The notes below the pieces were generated by a model. That model had not been told where the DNA came from and ran no database searches. It was given only the letters and a program-made list of their open reading frames with translations. This document shows, in pieces, positions 57,655-64,000 of a stretch of 64,000 bases of DNA. This stretch comes from Campylobacterota bacterium. Lineage in GTDB: Bacteria > Campylobacterota > Campylobacteria > Campylobacterales > Sulfurimonadaceae. Each line of letters begins with the position of its first letter. The first letter of the stretch is position 1. Location of the stretch: contig JAUPKZ010000001.1 in the NCBI GenBank assembly GCA_030837195.1, positions 5,104 through 69,103 on the forward strand, written 5' to 3'. A program made the position numbers and the translations under genes.

Positions 57655-58762
57655 AATTATATTGAGGCTCTTTTTTTTACTATCGGCTACACTGCTTGGA
57701 GCGCTTGATATTCCTACTCAAACAGCTCAAATTCGCCCCTTTGGTGCAACAATCGATGTTAACGCCAAAATTATCCAGCAAAACAGTGATCAACAAGCCA
57801 TCACATCCCCTTTGAGCGGATACATTGAAGCATATTATGTTCGTGCCGGAGAGAGAGTCAAAAAAGGAGACAAGATAGCAAAAATAGTCTCAGCCGAACT
57901 TTCAAAAATGGCAGTAAATTATCAGTCTCTAAAAACACAATACGGATATTTGGATAAAAATTTCCAATCCAATAAAGAGCTGTATGAACGCGGAATGATC
58001 TCTGCTCAAGAGTTTACATCAAAGCAAATCGAACGAGATGCCATGCATTCACAAATAAGGAGCATAGAAGCCACTCTTAAAACATCAAATATAAAACAGG
58101 AATCACTTAACACTTCAAACTCTGCGTACTTTATTTATGCAACCGTTTCAGGAACTATTTCTGAGATCATTCAGCCTCTTGGTTCATATGTAAAAGAGGA
58201 TACTTCTTTAGCGCACATTATCAATAAAAATGCCTTCTTTTTAGAGTGCTATGTTCCTCAGCGTTACGCCATGGATGTCAAAAATGGGCAAAAAGTGCTT
58301 ATTAAGAACAACTCATCAACTCCTATGTACGGGAAGATTGAGCGTATTTTACCGTCGATAGATGAAAAAACTCAGCGTTTGAGTGTTTTGGCTTCTATAG
58401 AACCTCCTTTGCAAGAGCTTTATCTCAACCAATATGTCGGTGCAACTATCTACACCCAAAAAGATAAAAACTATCTCTCTGTGAAAAAATCTGCGCTCAC
58501 CTTTTTTCAAAATGAGTGGGTTGTCTTTGTTCCGGTACAAAAAAGCCCTTCTGTAAAACAAGAAGAACACAAGGAACATGAAGAACACGATGAGGATAAA
58601 GCGAGTTCCCCGTACGAAGCCAGAGTAGTTGAAATAATAACCAAAGATGATGATTATATTGCAATTCGCGGGCTAGAGGAAGGTGAGAGCTATGTCAGCG
58701 ATAAAAGCTATTATGTAAAATCGATGCTGTTAAAATCAGCTATCGGTGAGCATGGGCATTGA
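57647..58762 (+). CDS. RND efflux periplasmic adaptor (CzcB/CusB-like) with His/Glu-rich insert
   Basis: 371 aa. Lipoyl/hairpin motif (I.SPLSGYI....V..G..VKKGD.IA.I) and an EEHKEHEEHDED segment. Confidence 0.85.
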   Translation: MNKIILRLFFLLSATLLGALDIPTQTAQIRPFGATIDVNAKIIQQNSDQQAITSPLSGYIEAYYVRAGERVKKGDKIAKIVSAELSKMAVNYQSLKTQYGYLDKNFQSNKELYERGMISAQEFTSKQIERDAMHSQIRSIEATLKTSNIKQESLNTSNSAYFIYATVSGTISEIIQPLGSYVKEDTSLAHIINKNAFFLECYVPQRYAMDVKNGQKVLIKNNSSTPMYGKIERILPSIDEKTQRLSVLASIEPPLQELYLNQYVGATIYTQKDKNYLSVKKSALTFFQNEWVVFVPVQKSPSVKQEEHKEHEEHDEDKASSPYEARVVEIITKDDDYIAIRGLEEGESYVSDKSYYVKSMLLKSAIGEHGH

Positions 58763-58771
58763 GGAAAAAAT

Positions 58772-61700
58772 ATGATTGATAAACTTATAGATATTTCCCT
58801 CAAATACCGTGCTTTGGTTCTTGTAGCATTTCTGGCAATTATTGCTTTGGGAGTAAAATCGTATCGCGATATACCTGTTGACGCATTTCCTGACATTACA
58901 CCAAAGCAGGTCGTTATTTACACCGAAAGCCCCGGTAATTCTGCCGAAGATATAGAAAAACTAATTACCTATCCGATTGAATCAGCACTATCAGGGATGG
59001 CAGGCGTAAAAATGATTATGTCAAACTCTATTTTTGGACTCTCCTATGTATCCATCTTTTTTGAAGATGACATGGATATCTATTTTCTGAGACAGCTTGT
59101 CAATGAACGCCTAAGCAGTGTTGAAATACCAGAAGGATGGGGAAAACCTGTACTTGGTCCAAATACCACCGGTCTTGGTCAAGTGCTATGGTATCAAATT
59201 CAAGATAAAACAGGAAAATTTTCACTGAGCCAACTGAGACAACTTCAAGAATATGTCGTAGCTCCGTTATATAAAAGTGTATCGGGGGTTGAAGAGGTTA
59301 CGGGATGGGGAGGTCATGAAAAGCAGTATGATGTACTCATTGACACACAAAAGCTTCAAGATTTTGATATAACATACGGTAGCGTGGTTAATGCTTTACA
59401 AAAAAGTAATAGTGCCGCAGGAGGACAGTATCTTGAATTTAACCAAGAGCAATATCTTATACGAGGGGTAGGACTTTACAATTCATTGGACGATATTCGC
59501 AACACCCCGATAAAGCACCTCAACGGTGATTCTATAACCATTAACGATATCGCTGAAGTTAAAGAAGGGACATCTCCACGGTTTGGAGCGGTATCGGTTG
59601 ACACAAAAGAGGCCGTTATGGGGATGGTGTTGCAACGCACTCAGACCAATGCGGCTGAAGTTGTTGAACAACTAAAAGAAAAAACAAAGACAATCAACAC
59701 AACCCTTCCCGAAGGTGTCAGCATAAAACTTTTGTACGACCGTACAGAGATAACAAAAAAAGCGGTTGACACTATGGATGAGGCACTACTGAGCGGGATG
59801 ATACTTGTAGGAATCGTTTTGTTCTTATTTTTATTTGAGTTGCGCTCGGCATTTATCGTTATTCTCTCGCTTCCTGTTTCATTGTTAATCGCTTTTTTAC
59901 TAATGGATTATTATGGACTTAGCGCCAATTTGATGAGCTTGAGCGGTCTGGCTATTGCCGTGGGTATGATTGTTGACGGAACGGTTGTTGTAGTCGAAAA
60001 CAGTTTTAGAAAGCTGCATGACCACCCAGAGTTATCACATTTTGAGGTAATCTCATCAGCAGCTAAAGATGTTTCAACACCGGTGACATTCGCGATTTTA
60101 ATAATTGCCGTTGTTTTTTTACCGCTGCTTAGCCTCGATGGTTTAGCCGGAAAACTCTATGTTCCGATGGCACTTAACATAACATTTGTAATGCTGGGTT
60201 CGCTCGTTGTTGCTCTTGTTTTAGTGCCTGTTTTAGCAACTTATCTGCTAAAACCCACGACTCATCACGATAATATTATTATGCGCGCACTTAAGAGAAG
60301 ATACACTCCGATGCTCAACTTCGCACTATCTCATGCCAAAGCATTGCTAAGCGGAGCATCCATACTTTTTTTAGCTTCTATTGTAATGCTAACTCAGCAT
60401 GGGCGTGAATTTATGCCGGAACTAAACGAAGAGTCAATTATGTATCGTGTCACTTCTATCCCCGGTACCAGTTTGTCGCAGTCAACACAGACGGCTCAAG
60501 AAATAGAAAAGTTCATACTTGAGCATCACGGCAATGAAGTAGAGTCTGTTTTATCAATGATTGGACGAAGTGAAAAAGGAGAAACAGCACAGGCAAACTA
60601 TATGGAGGTGCTTTTAATACTCAAGCCAACCATTGAAAACTATGAAACTCTTTCAAAACAAATTGACACAGAACTTGATAAAGAGTTTGAATTTGTTCAA
60701 TTTACCCCGACTCAGCCAATCGCCATGCGGATTGAAGAACTGCTCGAAGGAGTAAAAGCAGAACTTGCAATTAAAATCTACGGTGAAGACCAAAAAACAC
60801 TCCAATCGATTGCAAATGAGATACAAGAGAGCATCGGTTCTGTAAGCGGGGTTCAAGGCATAGAGGTTGAATCACAATTAGGGCAGGCTCAAATCAAAAT
60901 CGAACCTGATTATGCCGCCCTTGCACGACATGGCATCAGCGTAGATGAAGTAATGGATATTATTCGCTACGGTATCGGAGAAGAGCCTGCTACATACATG
61001 ATTGAAGGTGTGCGCCGCTATGGTATAGTGCCGAAAATCAAAGATGCAAAAATTGACATCGATGCAATAAAAAATATTTCTATACGCTCAAATAATGAAC
61101 AAATGATTACACTCGATCAGGTTTGCCATATCGATACAATACAAGGTTCTTCATTTATCAAGCGTGAAAATATGAGCCGTTACATGGTGCTATCCATTGA
61201 TGTTGAGGGGCGTGATATCGCCTCATTTGTCAAAGAAGCAGATTCACTTATAAATAAAAACATAAATATGCCTGATGGCTATTATCTGGGGTGGGCAGGG
61301 GATTTCAAAAATATGCAAGAGGCAACGCAAAAGCTGCTTATTATTATCCCTATTACGCTGCTTTTAATAATCCTGCTTCTTTATATGGCATTTAATTCAC
61401 TCTCCAAAGCAGGGCTTATTTTGCTTAATGTTCCTTTTGGATTGATAGGTGCCGTTGCCGCGCTGTTGATTAGCGGCGTATATCTATCGGTTTCTGCAAT
61501 TGTAGGATTTATAGCCATCTTTGCGATTGCGGTTCTTAACGGAATCGTTCTGGTCAGTTTTATTGATGAAATGCGAACAAAATTCCCGGATGTAGATCTA
61601 AAAGAGGTAGTCAAAAATGCAACTCTTTTACGATTGCGACCGGTACTCATGACTGCTTCTACCGCGCTGCTTGGAATTTTGCCTTTGCTCTTTGCCACAG

Positions 61701-61834
61701 GTGTCGGAAGCGAAATCCACTATCCTCTTGCCATTGTAGTAGCAGGTGGAATCATCAGCTCTACAATCTTAACTCTGTTGATATTGCCATCGACATATTG
61801 GATGTTTTATCGTAAAGTTCCTACTAAACTATAG
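58772..61834 (+). CDS. Heavy-metal RND efflux pump, CzcA/CusA family
   Basis: 1020 aa, 12-TM RND topology. N-terminal signature DAFPDITPKQV.I.TE.PG..AE..E..IT.PIE typical of the HME-RND subfamily. Confidence 0.92.
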   Translation: MIDKLIDISLKYRALVLVAFLAIIALGVKSYRDIPVDAFPDITPKQVVIYTESPGNSAEDIEKLITYPIESALSGMAGVKMIMSNSIFGLSYVSIFFEDDMDIYFLRQLVNERLSSVEIPEGWGKPVLGPNTTGLGQVLWYQIQDKTGKFSLSQLRQLQEYVVAPLYKSVSGVEEVTGWGGHEKQYDVLIDTQKLQDFDITYGSVVNALQKSNSAAGGQYLEFNQEQYLIRGVGLYNSLDDIRNTPIKHLNGDSITINDIAEVKEGTSPRFGAVSVDTKEAVMGMVLQRTQTNAAEVVEQLKEKTKTINTTLPEGVSIKLLYDRTEITKKAVDTMDEALLSGMILVGIVLFLFLFELRSAFIVILSLPVSLLIAFLLMDYYGLSANLMSLSGLAIAVGMIVDGTVVVVENSFRKLHDHPELSHFEVISSAAKDVSTPVTFAILIIAVVFLPLLSLDGLAGKLYVPMALNITFVMLGSLVVALVLVPVLATYLLKPTTHHDNIIMRALKRRYTPMLNFALSHAKALLSGASILFLASIVMLTQHGREFMPELNEESIMYRVTSIPGTSLSQSTQTAQEIEKFILEHHGNEVESVLSMIGRSEKGETAQANYMEVLLILKPTIENYETLSKQIDTELDKEFEFVQFTPTQPIAMRIEELLEGVKAELAIKIYGEDQKTLQSIANEIQESIGSVSGVQGIEVESQLGQAQIKIEPDYAALARHGISVDEVMDIIRYGIGEEPATYMIEGVRRYGIVPKIKDAKIDIDAIKNISIRSNNEQMITLDQVCHIDTIQGSSFIKRENMSRYMVLSIDVEGRDIASFVKEADSLINKNINMPDGYYLGWAGDFKNMQEATQKLLIIIPITLLLIILLLYMAFNSLSKAGLILLNVPFGLIGAVAALLISGVYLSVSAIVGFIAIFAIAVLNGIVLVSFIDEMRTKFPDVDLKEVVKNATLLRLRPVLMTASTALLGILPLLFATGVGSEIHYPLAIVVAGGIISSTILTLLILPSTYWMFYRKVPTKL

Positions 61835-61852
61835 TCCTTTTCTGGACTATAG
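61829..61852 (+). terminator. Hairpin overlapping the RND pump stop codon
   Basis: CTATAGTCC-TTTTCT-GGACTATAG 9-bp perfect stem. No strong U-tract, so function is uncertain. Confidence 0.4.
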
Positions 61853-61888
61853 AAAATAACATAAACACCAAATTAGCTATAATTCCGT

Positions 61889-63754
61889 ATGTCAAAATTT
61901 AAAGTAATATCAAATTATCAACCTGCAGGAGACCAGCCAAAAGCTATTGAGCTTCTAAGCGATTCTATTCTCAAAGGCAACCGCTACCAAGCCCTAGAGG
62001 GAGTCACGGGAAGCGGCAAAACTCATACAATGGCAAGAGTTATAGAAAAAACACAGCTTCCCACGCTCATAATGACTCACAACAAAACTCTTGCCGCTCA
62101 GCTCTACAGCGACAGCGCCATAAACGATGAGCTTGAGCGCCTTCGCCTCTCTTCAACCGCAAATCTCCTCTCTTATGATGATGTTATCGTCGTGGCATCC
62201 GTCTCTGCAAACTATGGTTTGGGAGACCCGGAAGAGTATGAAAATATGGTACAGTCTATTGCCGTGGGAGATACTATAGCACAAAAAAAGCTTCTACATC
62301 GCCTTGTAGAAATGGGCTACAGCCGTAACGACACATACTTTGATAGCGGACAGATAAGAGTAAACGGAGAGAGTATGGATGTCTATCCGCCCTACTTTGA
62401 ACAAGAAGCCATCCGCATAGAATTTTTCGGCGATGAGATAGAGGCTATCTATACATTTGATATTATCGACAACAAACGGCTTGAAGAGCATAAAAAATTT
62501 ACTATTTATGCAACTTCACAATTTAGCGTAAGCCAAGAGAAGATGGCAGTTGCCATAAAACGCATAGAGGAAGAGCTTGACGAGAGGCTTGCCTACTTCC
62601 AAAAAGAGGGTAAACTTGTCGAGTATCAGCGCCTTAAACAGAGGGTTGAGTTCGACCTTGAGATGCTTCAAACAACGGGAATGTGCAAAGGAGTTGAGAA
62701 CTACTCAAGACTGCTTACAAACAAAAAGCAAGGAGAAGCTCCTTATACTCTGCTTGACTACTTTTCACTACACCACAAAGAGTATCTTGTAATAGTTGAT
62801 GAGTCTCATGTTTCACTTCCACAGTTTCGTGGAATGTTTGCCGGAGATAGAGCTAGAAAAGAGGTTTTGGTAGAGTACGGTTTTCGTCTGCCAAGCGCGC
62901 TTGACAACAGACCCTTAATGCTAGATGAGTACATACACAAGGCTCCACACTATCTTTTTGTCTCCGCAACGCCCTCTATCTACGAGCTTGAACTCTCAAG
63001 TGCTATAGCAAAGCAAATTATTCGCCCAACAGGACTTCTTGACCCTGTTTTGGAGATAAAACCATCTACAAATCAGGTAGAAGATATACACGATGAGATA
63101 AAAAAAGTGACAGCTAAAAATGAACGCGTTTTAATAACCGTTCTTACAAAAAAGATGGCAGAAGCGCTTACAAAATATCTGGCAGATTTAGGCATAAAAG
63201 TGCAGTATATGCACTCGGATATAGATACGATAGAGAGAAATCAGATTATCAGAGCGCTCCGCATAGGAGAGTTTGATGTTCTAATAGGTATAAACTTGCT
63301 TCGTGAGGGGCTTGATTTGCCGGAAGTTAGCCTTGTAGCCATTTTAGATGCCGATAAAGAGGGATTTTTAAGAAGCGAGACGGCTCTTATTCAGACAATC
63401 GGGCGCGGAGCCAGAAATGTAAACGGCAGAGTTATTTTGTATGCAAACAAAATTACAGGCTCCATGCAAAGGGCAATTGACATAACCAATGCAAGAAGAG
63501 AGATGCAGGAGAGATACAATAAAGAGCATAATATTACGCCGGTGACTACTGTGCGCACAATAGATGAAAATCTAAAAGTAGAAGATTACGGCAGTATTTA
63601 CCAAAAAAATAAAAAAATTGATAAAATGCCGCCATCGGAAAAAAAAGCTCTTATAACACAGCTATCACTAAAGATGAAAGAAGCAGCAAGGGAGCTTAAC
63701 TTTGAAGAAGCGGCCAGACTTCGCGATGAAATCGCAAAATATAAAAAACTATAA
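61889..63754 (+). CDS. uvrB: Excinuclease ABC subunit B with in-frame internal deletion of the beta-hairpin region
   Basis: 621 aa. [12 protein letters not shown], helicase motifs and the C-terminal UVR domain ([13 protein letters not shown]) are intact. The segment between NKTLAAQLY and the (E/Q).RLS.T box is 9 residues long instead of about 45. Confidence 0.9.
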   Translation: MSKFKVISNYQPAGDQPKAIELLSDSILKGNRYQALEGVTGSGKTHTMARVIEKTQLPTLIMTHNKTLAAQLYSDSAINDELERLRLSSTANLLSYDDVIVVASVSANYGLGDPEEYENMVQSIAVGDTIAQKKLLHRLVEMGYSRNDTYFDSGQIRVNGESMDVYPPYFEQEAIRIEFFGDEIEAIYTFDIIDNKRLEEHKKFTIYATSQFSVSQEKMAVAIKRIEEELDERLAYFQKEGKLVEYQRLKQRVEFDLEMLQTTGMCKGVENYSRLLTNKKQGEAPYTLLDYFSLHHKEYLVIVDESHVSLPQFRGMFAGDRARKEVLVEYGFRLPSALDNRPLMLDEYIHKAPHYLFVSATPSIYELELSSAIAKQIIRPTGLLDPVLEIKPSTNQVEDIHDEIKKVTAKNERVLITVLTKKMAEALTKYLADLGIKVQYMHSDIDTIERNQIIRALRIGEFDVLIGINLLREGLDLPEVSLVAILDADKEGFLRSETALIQTIGRGARNVNGRVILYANKITGSMQRAIDITNARREMQERYNKEHNITPVTTVRTIDENLKVEDYGSIYQKNKKIDKMPPSEKKALITQLSLKMKEAARELNFEEAARLRDEIAKYKKL

Positions 63755-63760
63755 GGAGAA

Positions 63761-64000
63761 ATGCTACTAATGGAAGATACATTTAGCAACTTAGCGACAT
63801 ATGGGTATATAGGACTTTTTCTCTATTCGCTTGGCGGTGGTTTTGTGGCCATTGTTGCAGCAGGAGTTCTATCTTACATGGGAAAGATGGATTTGACGCT
63901 CTCGATTGCCATTGCATTTATAGCAAATGCGCTAGGCAGTTTTATGTTGTTTTATATGGCAAGATATCAAAAAAGCATGATGATGGATGGGCTTAGAAAA
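63761..64000 (+). CDS. Membrane protein, possibly DedA/VTT family (5' partial, runs off the window)
   Basis: ATG at 63761 after AAGGAG. Open to the end of the window (80 codons). Hydrophobic YGYIGLFLYSLGGGFVAIVAAGVL... sequence. Confidence 0.45.
   Translation, partial: MLLMEDTFSNLATYGYIGLFLYSLGGGFVAIVAAGVLSYMGKMDLTLSIAIAFIANALGSFMLFYMARYQKSMMMDGLRK

Noticed and set aside
1-64000. CRISPR arrays, IS elements/transposases, prophage or defence-island genes, long poly-G/C phase-variable tracts
   Set aside because: Reading through the window by eye, I saw no regularly spaced repeats, no transposase-, integrase- or phage-like translations in the ORF track, and no homopolymeric G/C runs of notable length. 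This was not an exhaustive computational scan.

Overview
Low-GC chromosomal segment with clear Campylobacterota (Epsilonproteobacteria) gene content and synteny: RppH-LysC-HobA-HolB-FolP, CheY-PrmA-FtsH-PSD-like, SerS followed by a TPR protein, and a split PAS/MCP pair. By eye it resembles a Sulfurimonas-type free-living member, but this is not verified. Most of the window is densely packed housekeeping: grpE-dnaK, rpsF-ssb-rpsR, tatBC, queA, dprA, serS, ftsH, hisAH, ruvB, panB, trpA, uvrB and one tRNA-Arg. Between these lie many signalling genes: four GGDEF/EAL proteins, a TonB-receptor/YfiR-like/GGDEF-EAL module, a CetB/CetA-like pair, CheY and a stand-alone HPt protein. No CRISPR array, IS element, integrase or prophage was seen. 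The region most worth a second look is about 45.5-56.5 kb. It holds (i) a translationally coupled triad of retropepsin-like lipoprotein, 7TM protein with a large extracytoplasmic domain, and RimK-like ATP-grasp ligase; (ii) a paralogous retropepsin-RimK fusion in an operon with an M42-type peptidase and a ZntB/CorA-like channel; (iii) an untracked 43-aa signal-peptide ORF divergent from a radical SAM/SPASM enzyme; and (iv) a czcCBA-type RND efflux operon preceded by a Cys/His-rich small membrane protein and a PepSY protein. Separately, uvrB carries an in-frame loss of about 36 codons that removes the conserved beta-hairpin (YYDYYQPEAY) region. All family assignments rest on motif recognition in the supplied translations; no searches were run.
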